64,000 nucleotides of DNA from Phoronis australis (Eukaryota; Animalia; Phoronida). The DNA is taken from the NCBI GenBank assembly GCA_002633005.1, contig NMRA01000179.1:431831-495830 (forward strand), given 5' to 3'. A model generated the notes under the pieces. That model was not told where the DNA came from. It worked only from the letters and a program-made list of their open reading frames with translations, and ran no database searches. The translations under genes and the position numbers were made by a program. This document shows positions 37,050 through 50,345 of this stretch, in pieces (the first letter of the stretch is position 1; every line of letters begins with the position of its first letter).

Positions 37050-37268
37050 CCTTCAAAAGTGGATAACAACACGAATGAAGCTCGTACAGGAGCAGATAAC
37101 TTTCACATCCAAAAGAACATTTAGGCTACGAATGTACCAGACGTGTTGCGGGTGTCACGGGTGGCTACTTCGGAGAACTGTTGGTGGAAAATCTCAGCAG
37201 TAAGCGTCAGCCGTTTACTACGACATCAACATTGCATATCAGTAGACTGAATAGAAAGTGGTGTGTAC

Positions 37269-37445
37269 CTGAGTCTTTGATTATTGTGACACACTCTTTT
37301 GTTGGACAGAAGCACTTCTCTGTCTCTACCTCAGGTATTCCAGAGCATTGCGTCCCGGAAGGACATATCTTAGTACGTGTCCGAGAACCACAGGGTGTAC
37401 ATTCTTGCTCCCACGGTCCATATCCACTAGAATCTACTTGTGCTA
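37269..37445 (-). CDS. Thrombospondin type-1-like exon (VAQVDSSGYGPWEQECTPCGSRTRTKICPSGTQCSGIPEVETEKCFCPTKECVTIIKDS)
   Basis: ttaatttcag acceptor, GTACAC donor, 177 bp phase 1-1, open; W..C..CG.R.R..C..C.G..E..C pattern; not in the ORF track. Confidence 0.8.
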
Positions 37446-38442
37446 CTGAAATTAAAACCGTTTAACACATACTAATAACAATGTACTTGTTTGAAACAGT
37501 TAATATCCGTCCATTCTCCTGGCGAAAATTCTCAAATATATTCAGCAAGAGACATCGTACACTACACGAAGCACGGGGGTCCATTGAATGAAAGTCCCTC
37601 GACTGTTCAGTCTGAAATGGCATCTAGGACATTGTCCAATGTGACCAGATGCCCACGTCTGGTGTGGAGGTGGTGATGGTGATAGTGGTGGTGTGGCGGT
37701 GGTCGTCGTTTTTTGTCATATTTGCCAATGAAGCACACTGCCCTGTACTAAGTATGTTGTAATGTTGCAGAAAGTAGTACACAGATGGAAGCTAAGAGTT
37801 GACATGATGCGATTTAAAGTTGATTATTATTAAAGCGCCCACGACATGACCCTGGTGGTTTGTATTTGGGATTTTATTAATATAGCTTAAAGGGTTTAAT
37901 AGCTTTTCGTATACCTATTACTGAGAAACAAGCCAAAAAATAGAAATAATATTCATGTTGTTGAAGTAACGAAATAGATAACATCTTCGCCATCATTTCT
38001 TGCTGTATTTTTCCGTGCGGGAGAAGGGGAGAACCACTGGCCAGTTCAGTCTTTACCACAGGGGACACCTGTGCACTTGCCCGGGGCCCCGGGACTACAT
38101 GGACGCCACGCCAATCCATGACATAGTTAAACGTCAAATGATACATATCTTACAGGTTCAGTGCCTGCGTAAATGTAAAGGATAGCCCCTTGTAATATGA
38201 CCTACTTGCATTAATAAATCACCCAATGGAATGTAATTTACCGAATAACGTACCGTATGCCCTAATTTACGAAGCATGCAGGAAATACTTTCTACAGGTG
38301 AACATTATCAACTGCCACACCGGATTTATTAATGGGCAAACAACCAAGCTAAAACACGATGCGTGCCCAAACAAAACGAGAACACACACCTTGCACTCAC
38401 AAAATTCCTCACAACTTTGTCGTCATGATTTAAAAACTCTCA

Positions 38443-38719
38443 CAGTGGCGGATCTAGGATACCATAAGGGGAGGGACCCAACATGTTGCCTCGGAGAATT
38501 GCGAAAAGCGCCATCGTAAGCACAGGCGCCCCGGAAGTTGCGGAGCTGATGTTCTCAAAAACCGCCAACACGATTCCGGCGCGTTCTGGGGCTTCCGCTG
38601 CTGTTCCTAGTAAGTGGACTCTTTATTTCCACACTCTTCAGGCTAATGCTGTTTAAGTTTGCTAGCACCACATGGGGGGGGGGGGCTGGGCCCCCTGGGC
38701 CCCCCTAAATCCGCCTATT
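38443..38719. mobile_element. hAT-like MITE of the CAGTGGCGGATC family
   Basis: cagtggcggatctagg ... cctaaatccgcctat; (c)tctca repeated at both flanks. Related copies end at ~42203 and lie at 49175-49310, 51674-51827 and 53211-53496. Confidence 0.7.
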
Positions 38720-39623
38720 CTCTCAGCGTGTATTTCAGCAGTTATATCGATCAAAATTGAATGCTTCGAATCAGTGGCAGTTTTGTAACACTAACTGTGA
38801 ATGTGAAATCCTTTTCCGACAAATGCCTTTCCTGGCAAAGATTTGTTTGCAGTGGCCCTGTGGAAGGGCCGGGGACCTAGGGGCCCCAAACCCTCTTTAG
38901 TAAGACCTCCTGAGGGGAAAGTGTGCAAAGAAATTTTTGGGGGCGCCATGTAGCGCTTTTGAGGTGCGTCAGTATTCCATTCGTTTAGTAAAAAATATCA
39001 ACGCCGTATGATGCAGATATTGAAAGGGAAGGGTGCATTTTGTCACATGGCTAAGTAGTTAATAAATCCCTGTGTGTGGTGCACCTGACTAGACGTTTTC
39101 TAATGACGCTTTGACACTTTGTTTTAAGTTGGTTTCAATGTTTTGAAAAAATAAGAGTTTCGTGGAAAATAAAAACAATGAATGAAAACCAGTTGCAGCT
39201 AAAGATAAACTTTTTGACTATTCGGTTATTGGACAAAGTGGACATTCCAAAGTTTCAGAAAGTGGAACTGTGTTACAACTGTTTTTTATTTTGATTGTAA
39301 CGATCAGATTATTTCTAGGATTGAAATAAATGCGATTTTAGGTCAACAATGACTAAGAAGTAACTTAATTGCACAATCGCTACACCTAAAGTTTCCAAAT
39401 GACGTCTATTAGAAGAAAATAATACTTTTGCCGCATGTTCAAAGTCCGGGACACGTAGAAGGTGTGTTATAATTTATGCGTACAATCCAGCAAGTGCGCC
39501 AACCGTAATCAAGCAAAAGCTGACACTAGTACCAGGCTCACGAGCTGGCTAAACGTTGGCGTTTCCGTTAGCACTTTCGTTATCTGCAAAACCGCCAGTA
39601 ACGTGAACGATCGCAAGGGTAAG

Positions 39624-40174
39624 GTGGGCCGTTGAGGGGAAAGTGTCGCCGTACAATTACGCTCGTAAATTAAACGGGGAAAAGTTTCGCCGTAAAATTA
39701 CGCTCGTAATTACTAGCGTAAGTTAAATTACAAAAGTGTTGCGGTAAAATTACGCGCCTAAATTAAATGGGGTAAATGTCGCCGTAAATTACGCTCGTAA
39801 AATACCATAAGAACGTTCCAATTTTAAACCAGTCAGTGATGACCTAACGTACACGACTGTTGCTGGGCAGCTCGTTCTTGCACAATCGCTGACATGGCAG
39901 CAGCGACTTGATCCGCCATGATTCAGCGCTCGTATCGTAGACATGAAACCCGCCAGTAAATAAGTATTTCTATGAGCGCGCACGAACTTGGATTGTAAAA
40001 CCCAAGTCATTGGTTAATAGTTTAAACTAAATTACGAGCGTAATTTTACGCCGTAAAGAATTAAATTACGCTCGTAATTTTACGGTGTAATTAACGGCGT
40101 AATGTACACAATTACACTCGTATTTTTCAGCGACACTTCCCCCCCCCCCCNNCCCCCCCCCCCCCAACGGCCCA
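39624..40174. mobile_element. Foldback-type MITE with repeated aattacgctcgt subterminal motif
   Basis: tgggccgttgaggggaaagtgtcgc vs gcgacacttccc..caacggccca; several aattacgctcgtaa copies in both orientations. Confidence 0.7.
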
Positions 40175-41631
40175 TCATACAAGGGTCACTTTGGCGTTCA
40201 CGCTAGGAGTTTTGTATATACATGTACATCGCTTACTTCAAAGGACGCACCAAAAAGGCAAAAGGTAAGAAGCCTTTGTGCTATCGTTACATCAATCAAT
40301 TTTAGGGCGGATAGTGGATGTGTTTTCACATCAATTTCCGTTTAAAATCGACTCGCGTGGTGAAAAAGCAAATAACATATCTGCCTAAAAGGGAATCGTT
40401 TTCGCATATCAGGACTCTATTTTGTCCATAATGTAAATCAGGAAAAAAGAGCATGTCTCGTAACTATATAATCAACAACTCATTAAACACACTAATCCGC
40501 CGATGTAGGAATGAATAGGAGTAAAAAGGTGATATCACTCTGTGTCAGTTCCGCATACACGGTTTTTGGTCCTATCGCCTCATTTATTTCCTCGTTTCAC
40601 TTGTATTGTGAAAAGCACTTCATTAATGAATACTGTTCAAACAGCTAACCGTGTTCATCAATTATTGATGTGCACTGTTGTTCACGATCGGTAGGCATAT
40701 CGATCAATACAAACATGGACTTTTTAGTACACAATTTACGCTTTTTAATGTAAAAATTTGGCTACTATAGCAGGGACCCCTCTGAACTGCTGTATCCGGG
40801 GGCCTATGAAAGTTCTTAAGACGACCCTGTAAATAGCGCCTAGACTACCACTAAAGCTGAGGGAACACATGGCAATTGATGTACATGTACATGTATGATG
40901 TACAGACTTGATGGGTAATTGATTTCAAAGATCAAAACTAACACGTGTATCAGGAAACAGTATCTACTAGGCTCATTGCTGCCCGGCACATAACACGACC
41001 GGACGCTCCCTGAAGTCACAGGGGCCCACAACATTTTGATACAATTTCTAGATTTGTTTTATTTTCCAATGGTTGTTAATTAACCTAAATAATGAACTAG
41101 CTGTGAACTATAGTTTTTCTCATATAACTGAAGCACTAAATCACATATATGGTGTCGTGAAGCCGTTTTGGCACCTCGACCTTGTTTTATTGAACTGTAA
41201 CACTGTTTCCATACCAAGAAACAAGATTTGACAATGTGTATTGTTTTAGTTTATGTGTGCGTGTGTGTGTACAGAGGAGGGGGGAGGTGGGCTGAGAACC
41301 GATTTCATGTGTCCGATTCAGACAACCGGCGCAATAGTAAAGGTAACTATTGCTACATGTAAGTAATGATCCCCCCGGTCGATATGCGCGACCGGCAGTG
41401 GAGCTGCGCACTGCCGCTCCGTTTCCATCGTCCGCTCCACTGTGGAATGAAGAAAATAACTTCATTTTTACAAAGAAAACGGAAGCTGGATGACAATGCA
41501 GAAACAGAACCTGCTGGTAAAATAAACATTTTAATCGAAGCTTTAGTGAATCACTAAGAAGCAGGCTCACGCGCCAACGCTGTTGTCCATAAACAGGTAC
41601 ATGTATGTCTAAGCATGGTGTTTTAGTTCAA

Positions 41632-41692
41632 AGTGTGGTGGTGCAATGGAAGAGCACGCACGCTCTGACCAATAGGTTGTGAGTTCAAGTCC
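41632..41692 (+). repeat. tRNA-derived SINE-like head
   Basis: tggtgcaatgg A-box and gagttcaagtcc B-box; similar to 17304-17358. Confidence 0.45.
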
Positions 41693-42350
41693 TTGCTATT
41701 TTACGAATTCTTCATGCTTAAATCACAAACACCAATACCGCGGTCTAACTGTTTAAATGTTTTAAAACAGGAATTGTTAATTTGCTAATTTAAAAATCTT
41801 CTTTGAGTATGCGTCCTGACAACATAAATTAAGTGCCTGCTTGTCTACCTATTTGCCATTGTGACAAAAATACGTAAAGCAGGTGAAAGTCAAAGGCGTT
41901 TTGTACTGTAAACTTGACGAGTTGAAAATTTGCCGTGAGGTGACGTCGGATTCCAGAATGCGATTTGGGTCTCCTGATTTTGCCGTACTAGTCGCACATA
42001 ACAACTTGGTCAAAGTAGAGCCGTCGACGGTTGATTATACTTCAGAAATCAAGGAAAATGCTTGTTTTCAGAGGCAAAAACAAAATTTTCCCCAGGGCGG
42101 AAACCCCCTTCCCGACCCCCCCCCCGCGTTCGGTGACATGCGCTTTGCGCTATTGTCTACGAGGCAAATGTTGGCCCCTTATGGAATCCTAGATCCGCCA
42201 CTGGTATCTCTTTAGAAATAACCCAATTAATTTCACAATAATTTTTATCCTATACGTCTGATACCTCAAATTAAGTTATCCAATCACGGCAACGTAAATT
42301 TTACCACTTTTGTAAATATGAGAAATAAGTTACGAATAAAGAACACTTAC

Positions 42351-42414
42351 CTTGGAAGCACAGTAACAGAATCAAAACACCTGCGTCTAGCAAACAGAAT
42401 TGTAATTTAGGCAT
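42351..42414 (-). CDS. First coding exon, signal peptide MPKLQFCLLDAGVLILLLCFQ
   Basis: ATG in aaaATG context, hydrophobic core, consensus AAG|GTAAGT donor in phase 1 joining the exon ending at 37445. Confidence 0.8.
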
Positions 42415-43308
42415 TTTGGATATTTACATAGCTTTTTGGAATTACGTTTGCATAAAAACCGCTTTCAGTAGTGCCTACGCAAAATATTGGGTATGTGTGC
42501 ATCACGATCGAACTTGCCATTTATATGTATCAAGCCAATTAGAAATTCTCGAGAAACCTTATCGATTATGAATACATATTATATTATTCAATTCTGCAAA
42601 ACGTCACACCGATGGTTAAATTACAATTTTCTTCAACAATGTAATGCTTTTGATAAAACGTTCTATGAAAATTACAGTTTTGCCATTTAGGTCCCTTTAA
42701 TAATGCACCGATAGGAAGGTACGGTAATATTTGAGAAGACTCGTTAACAATACTGTCATTAGTAACCAGTTTAGCATGTCTAAGACTAGCGCATTATAAT
42801 AAGTTATTTATGTTGGTTGAGAATGACACAAAATGTGGCTTTATTTTTGATAACAATCCATCGACTTTTGCTGGCATTGTGAAAATTGCATGCAAATGTC
42901 TAACTTACAAATTATTAATAAACGAATAGAAACCAAGCTTGACCGATGGGTCAAAATGGCTATCCTTAATCCCTGGAATAAACATTACCCCTCTTCATTC
43001 AGAAGCTCTACAGTGCCTGCAACAATAACGGTCTAGCTATTGTAAAATCCGCGAGGGACACCAAGCCAGTCTTCCACAGTCCTCATGAATGTTTAACCAG
43101 AATTCGCTGTGGCCACGTCTCTCGTGGTAGTCAACACCATTGATATCTACGTGTATGAGCCACTTCGCATTGCGACCACGTATGCGCTTACACTTACATT
43201 ATATTCAAGGTGGCGCATACAGGTATATCTAAAATTAGGTTCATGCGCCAATGGTGTAGACACTTGAGTAAACTATGTTGCGAATACAGGCGCAATGCGC
43301 AAGCCCAC

Positions 43309-43410
43309 ATTGTCACGACATCCCAAATTGCCACAACGTCTCAAATTGTCACAACGTCCCAAATTGTCACAACGTCCCAAATTGTCACAGCTTCAAAATT
43401 GTGACAATCT
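43309..43410 (+). repeat. 18-bp tandem repeat (ttgtcacaacgtcccaaa, ~4.5 copies) followed by an inverted part-copy
   Basis: Directly visible; it explains the repetitive ORFs at 43210-43571. Confidence 0.85.
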
Positions 43411-44487
43411 GGTCAGGGCTGCAAGCTCCAAATTGCTACAACATTCCTGCTTGTATCATTTTGGGCATGTGCTATAGTACATGCTGCCTGAATTGCATCG
43501 TTCAAAGCAGTTCTCTGTCACTGAAACAGAATTCAACCTGTCCACCAAGTATTTTTACGATTTGTTTGTAAACGTTTTGAATTTCTGTTGATGTCAATGG
43601 ATTTCAAATTTCAAAAAAAAAACGATCTGTCAGCTCACTGCTCCGCACTTCGTTGATTTTTCACCCACAAGGCAAAGCGCGTCTCCTTATTTCGTATGGC
43701 AATACTTAGACGAAGCACAGTTCCCTTATATGGAAAATTTTACCTTTGGCCACTGATGTAAACAAAGCAATGACGACTTTAAGCAGCTGTTAGTATTAAG
43801 GCACAATTAATGTGAGTCCTTACTGTTTAAAATTAGTTATAAAGGTATGGTAGAATTCAAATATATTCTAAAATGTACTTGGAATCCCTTTTTTTTGAAA
43901 ACGGCTTGCTTGCCACATACTGTGCTGTCGACCTTCAGATTTGGAGTGGGATCACACATGTGCAAGTACCGTTAGTATCCTTCTTGTCAGTCAGCTGTAT
44001 GTCGAATGTCTGTTAGTGGCAATGAGAGTAAAAACTCTGTGGTTACCAAATAGTTTTTCCTTAGCGCTTTTTTTAAAAATCGCTACTTTTGCGATTTTTT
44101 CTGGAAAATTTCTCACGGCAAAAGTGAATAACCGAGGACCTTTGTCAGGAATCGTTTAAAAGATATTTTTGACGATTTCTTGTGTTCCATGCCTCCTTAA
44201 ACTGGTATAGAACGCGAAAAACAAAATATTCATCTGACACTGAAACAAAATTGAAACTGATCACGAGGCATTTTTACGTTTTTTTTTCATGAAGATTGGG
44301 AATTCATGTTGATGTAAAATCATTTATCCTTCAGTTTCAAATTTAAAAATACGATCCGGCAACACCTCGTCACTTCATTGATTTGTCTCCCCATAAGGCA
44401 AAGCACGTACTCCTATTTGCTTAAACATACACGCAGCACATTTCGCTGATAAGGAAAATATGACCTTTGACCTTTGACGTAAAAGAG

Positions 44488-44558
44488 GAGCAGTGTGGCC
44501 TGGTGTGATAGGTGCCCGCCTTCTTTGCTCGAGGTCGTGGGTTCGAGTCCCACTGGGC
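44488..44558 (+). repeat. tRNA-derived SINE-like head
   Basis: gtggcctggtg A-box-like and T-arm gtgggttcgagtcccac. Confidence 0.5.
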
Positions 44559-47049
44559 TACACTGCTAGACACTTGTGTCAGGTTTCTAGCTCTTCAGCT
44601 CATCACAATCTGTTTCAAGGTAATTTTAAATTTGTTACGTTTGTGTTCTCAGCAGCATAAAACAGTCCCAAATAGAGACTCAACTAAGTTCCCAATTCTA
44701 CTGCGTATTTGAAGACTTGTAGAAACACTTAATGTTCTTTCTTGTGCTCTTTGAGTATCATTTCTAAGCCATTTTGTGACTTTGATGCAAATGGAGAGTG
44801 ATCTATACGTTGAATTCTCAATATTATTGAAAATAAGTGAGGATCTTTTCACGCAACGCCTCCGATTTAAGGACTAAATCATTAATCATTGTGATAAAAT
44901 TAAGGGTTCAATTTTTAGTTAGAAATGACATTATTCAAAGAGGAGCTGATAACAAAGATAACACGAAAAAATATTACATCCGTGAGTAAAGAAAGAAAAA
45001 ATGCGCAGAAGATTTATGGAATTTATTTGAGCCCCCATTTGGGACTGTTTCATGCAACCGGCCACAGACGCACACTCTTGCCACCGGAGTTTTGAGCTTC
45101 AGCACACAAATGTGCTGGCAATCCGGGCAAGTTAGTCTGAAAACATACTGGCCCACTTACTAAGTTGCTGGCCCACTGCTGATATCTCCCTATCTATATT
45201 TTTCTCAATCTTTTCCAGTACACCAAATGTGTAGGTATTTGAGAACTTTATTTCTTATGCTAATAGCGTGAGGAATTGTTGGTAACAGAGATGTATACAT
45301 AAACACTAAATAAGCTGTGGTTAAGAAATAAAATCCCTGAACTAGATTCAACCAATATATTTTTGCAAAACACGTGTCGTCAGTAGGCCTACAGCACACA
45401 TCACGAATTTTTGTCCGACCGGTCGGAAATTGGTCGACGACCGGTCGATGACCGGCCGTCTAGCCGACCAGCAGCCGACCAACAATGGTCTGCTGGGAGC
45501 CGTCTGCTGAGTCGCCTCTGCGATAGGCTCTTAGGTCGGCAAAGTGGTCGCCTAGCAAAGACGACCACTTCGGATTATACGTGTCCTCGGTCGGCAATTA
45601 CCATTTTATGACTTAGCGGGTGAACTTTGTCCAAACAAATATTTATCTGTTCGCTGTTCGTTCACCAGTAGCCACTCCGGTCTTGACATCGGTTTATCAA
45701 CTTTTGTTCAACTATTGAAAGGTGGTAAAATCGAATTCACCTACAAATACGAATTGCGTGAAATTGCACCAACGTAAACTTTGTGTTGAATTGCTGACGA
45801 CGTGGTAAAATTAAACGTTAAATGATTACGTGGAAACATAATTTCGCACTCTAGATGTGAAACTTTTATACATTATGCATAAAAAAGTATCAACAACCAG
45901 GAAATTTGAAATGTGTCAGTAAATTTGCATACAGTTCCAGGGCCGCAGGAAGCGGGGGGAAGGCGGGGCGGGCACAGGCCCCAGCAAAAATTTTCAGGCG
46001 TCTGGGTTAAACCGTGGCAACCCACATAGGCGTGGTGCCGGGGACAGTCGAAAAAAGAAAGACTGCGAAAAACGGATAAGAGAGAAAACTCAAGAGAACA
46101 TTTAACAAATCTGCATCAGTGCATAGTTTACCTTTTGAGGACCCAGGCCATGACATTGTCGTTAGGGTCTTCGCTTTTGCAGCACAGGTCGTCTAAACGC
46201 ACACATATATTTCGAAAAAATCGAGAGAATTAGTAAAGCGAAGTTTTTGCTGAGCGTTCTAATTTACTGGATGTTTAAATTCAATAAGTCAATTTTGCGA
46301 ATGCAAAACTATATTTTGCTAGAGGCCCCTCTCTGGCAAGGGATAACGGTGACAACTTTCGCTTTATTTTTTTCTCCAAACTGTATATCACTTGAGAAAA
46401 ATTGATGACCTGGCAGATAACATCAATTGCCGCGCATTTCCTGATATTTGAAAATACAGATATTTTCATACTGAGGGGCCCCGCTATTGAACGAGGCCAT
46501 TGATGACATTCAAGTGGCCACCTTTTTGTGTTTTTATTAAGAAATTTTTACGGGGCCGCTCGCGGTGAAAGGGTCCAATGTTGGAATCGATTACCTCTAT
46601 TTTCCTGCTTTTTGTGAAATCGTGCTTTCATGTTGAAGGAAGTCACTCCCTGCATCGTTTTTGGACCACACGAGGGTGGAATGAACTGTCACTTTTTTCC
46701 AAGCTTAACGATGTTTAGGCTTTCATCTTAAAGTCCTTGTTGCAAACTGGCCATGTGGTTCTAGTATCCGAAAATACTTACTACATAAAATCTTATTTTC
46801 GACACCCTTTCTTTACATTCTTTTCGCCTTTCTTGCCAAAAGCGATTTTTCAACCGTATTTGACCCTTTTCTCTGAGCGTATGATTACCGGTTGTAATCG
46901 GTTATTTCCGTACCCACATTTCCGGCTCATCAGTTCAGGAACTTGTCCTGAACGCCGCCATTTTTTCCTTGTAACTGAATGTGCTATGGCTTGCTCGAAA
47001 AGTCTTCATTATATTGTTTTATTAGTAATATATCGTGATTCGTTTGCAT

Positions 47050-47939
47050 NNNNNNNNNNNNNNNNNNNNNNNNNNNNNNNNNNNNNNNNNNNNNNNNNNN
47101 NNNNNNNNNNNNNNNNNNNNNNNNNNNNNNNNNNNNNNNNNNNNNNNNNNNNNNNNNNNNNNNNNNNNNNNNNNNNNNNNNNNNNNNNNNNNNNNNNNNN
47201 NNNNNNNNNNNNNNNNNNNNNNNNNNNNNNNNNNNNNNNNNNNNNNNNNNNNNNNNNNNNNNNNNNNNNNNNNNNNNNNNNNNNNNNNNNNNNNNNNNNN
47301 NNNNNNNNNNNNNNNNNNNNNNNNNNNNNNNNNNNNNNNNNNNNNNNNNNNNNNNNNNNNNNNNNNNNNNNNNNNNNNNNNNNNNNNNNNNNNNNNNNNN
47401 NNNNNNNNNNNNNNNNNNNNNNNNNNNNNNNNNNNNNNNNNNNNNNNNNNNNNNNNNNNNNNNNNNNNNNNNNNNNNNNNNNNNNNNNNNNNNNNNNNNN
47501 NNNNNNNNNNNNNNNNNNNNNNNNNNNNNNNNNNNNNNNNNNNNNNNNNNNNNNNNNNNNNNNNNNNNNNNNNNNNNNNNNNNNNNNNNNNNNNNNNNNN
47601 NNNNNNNNNNNNNNNNNNNNNNNNNNNNNNNNNNNNNNNNNNNNNNNNNNNNNNNNNNNNNNNNNNNNNNNNNNNNNNNNNNNNNNNNNNNNNNNNNNNN
47701 NNNNNNNNNNNNNNNNNNNNNNNNNNNNNNNNNNNNNNNNNNNNNNNNNNNNNNNNNNNNNNNNNNNNNNNNNNNNNNNNNNNNNNNNNNNNNNNNNNNN
47801 NNNNNNNNNNNNNNNNNNNNNNNNNNNNNNNNNNNNNNNNNNNNNNNNNNNNNNNNNNNNNNNNNNNNNNNNNNNNNNNNNNNNNNNNNNNNNNNNNNNN
47901 NNNNNNNNNNNNNNNNNNNNNNNNNNNNNNNNNNNNNNN
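47050..47939. other. Assembly gap (N run)
   Basis: Continuous run of N. Confidence 1.
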
Positions 47940-50227
47940 TTGAATATATGCAGCATTTATCATTTGACCATTTTACTTCGACAAAACAGCTTGCAACCGC
48001 ATGCATTTACCGTTCGCCAGTGTCTGGTCTCGATCCGCACCGGGTCCGATAGGCTGCGGTCCCGAGTCTGGCAAAATAATTTCTGTCAAAATATATTCGC
48101 CACATTTCTTCAGCAAATTCGATAAAATTGTCTGCAGTTTGATTTTATTAAAATTAAGGCGCGCTGTCGATTATTTTATCCCCGTTTGCTGGCTGGTAAC
48201 AGTACAGGCCAGGCACTGCTCGAGTCGCACTGACGGCGTTTTCTCGGCCTGGGTTCCTGAATGAATTGTACTTACGGGTTCGCGGCAAGTTCAAAATGGC
48301 GGTGTTTCTTCGGGTGCGAATTGTGAGTGGCGCGTTCATTTAAACTGTTTTCGAGTACGGATCGTGTATTAGTTATGGGGTAGGTACTTCTTGGATCCTT
48401 ATAACATCTTCTAACCATGTAATAAGGGTTAACAACGCGTGAGACAAGGACTTTAAGGTGTCCCATTTCAGAAGGTACCCTCTCTCGTTGGAGCAGTAGG
48501 GGAAATGTCCCTTTGTCCCACTATATACATGTACATGTATATCTGCGCGTGCAGGACAAGTGTACAAAGGCACTATATCTGCTTGTGCACGACAGGTGTA
48601 CACAATCAATTGTGGTTGATACAATCTATTACAAATGATTCTTTAAAATAGATTAATTTCGACTATTTCTAAGAATGGTATGACATGTTATAAGATTTTG
48701 ATAAGAATTTATATTAACGGAAGGTGTAATATACTGTAAGATCTAAGTTTTCTCATCAGGCCTAGTAATTTATACAAATTTTTGTCACTGACCAAAAGCG
48801 ATCCATAAATGATGATCAGACTGATATATGTGAACGATGATCAGTCTCATCAGAATTCATATCAACCAAAATGGAGGTGCAAGATTTTTACACATGCATT
48901 ACTTATTCTAAGGTCAGAAAATATGATTAAAACAGTGAAGAAGATGAACAGTATACGCAGTGTCTATTTTGTTACGTACAACGTCATTAAGATTGACGGT
49001 AAATATAAAGGGCAAAACTTAGCCTTTGAACTAGCAAGGAGCAATGTATAATGCATACAGAAGTAAGCAACAGTCAGGGCACGGACTTGTTTGTACATCC
49101 CGAGGGGCGTACATGTACATGTAGCTAGGATGGAGGGAGATTTGTCTCGTGCGGAAAACTCTCCGCAGGGGAGCAGGGGCGGATCCAGGATTTTGATTTA
49201 GGGGCGGTCAGGGCAGATATTCGCACCCCCGAGCTGCCAAATGGAATCTGGGAGAATTTTAGGGGGGCCTAGCCCCCTTGTCCCCTCGGCCCCCCCTAAA
49301 TCCCTCACTGCTTACATAAATTTTATGAAACTGGACCAATTAATGGGCTTTTTTGCACACTTGTCGGAGTCAGAGAAATGAGTTGTTTTGTCACGTGACC
49401 ATCACAAGGAGGTGCTTATAAAATTAGGTAGCCTCGCATAGCAAGGCGTCAGTGAGTGTTTGAAACGTAGAATTATCGCGGAGGAAAATGCCAGCGTAAA
49501 AGACAAGACGGCATTTAGAACTGGCTCGGAGAGAAGCACGCGATGAAATCTCTGTACTTCTTCTAAAATGTGTGTTCAAATTTCAAAGTAGCTGGGTAAC
49601 TTTTTTAGAGTTTTCTAAGCTGCGCTATCCGAAAACCGGTGGGACAGCTAACAATCGTTCTCGCAAGCAATGGCATTTCTAAAAATTACTTACGGCCTTA
49701 CTTTAATGTTTGAGTATCAGCTACAATCCTTTGTGAATCCTACGGATAACGAAGGGCAATATTTTATCGCACACAAATCGTCTCCCGAGTTCAAAATTAC
49801 TCCACTGTCAGAACTGAATAAGTCAGTGTAGGCTTATCACTCCAGTAACCTTCAGGATTTATGCCGGGGTTATTTACTTGAGTATAATGCACGTACTGAA
49901 GTTAATAAGGATTGTTTCTCGATCACTTTCTGCTATTAACTGTACGGTCCAAGCACACATAACTAGTACATGTAGAATTAAAAACATACAGTTAGTACTA
50001 CATGTATATGCTTGAGATTCATGGCAATAGCGTCGTCCCGGATTACAGTGACACTCGAATCTCGCTGTAATTTACCCAAAATGCCGTAAACATTCGTCAG
50101 GCACATTTGCTGCCTCGTTTTCGAGCCACTGCAGTTTCACATGTTATTTGTTTTTGTCTTATTCTTAACAAGTTTTTCTTGGTTGCATTACTCTATTCGT
50201 TCTTCCTACTACTATGCTAACGAAGTA

Positions 50228-50345
50228 TTAAATGTTGTGTTGTGGGCTGCAACACCGGCGTGAAAACGTTTTATAAACTGGACAAATACCCGTCGATGCG
50301 TGATCTAAAATTCTTTGCCTTCCCGACATTAATGAGTGACACGAA
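50228..50345 (+). mobile_element. THAP N-terminal remnant (KCCVVGCNT..KFFAFP)
   Basis: CxVxGC and F.FP THAP motifs; remainder lost. Confidence 0.5.

Noticed and set aside
43210-43571. Repetitive short ORFs in three frames
   Set aside because: Produced by an 18-bp tandem repeat; no coding support.
46737-48125. Long ORFs of 302-462 aa in several frames
   Set aside because: Artefacts of translating through the N gap.
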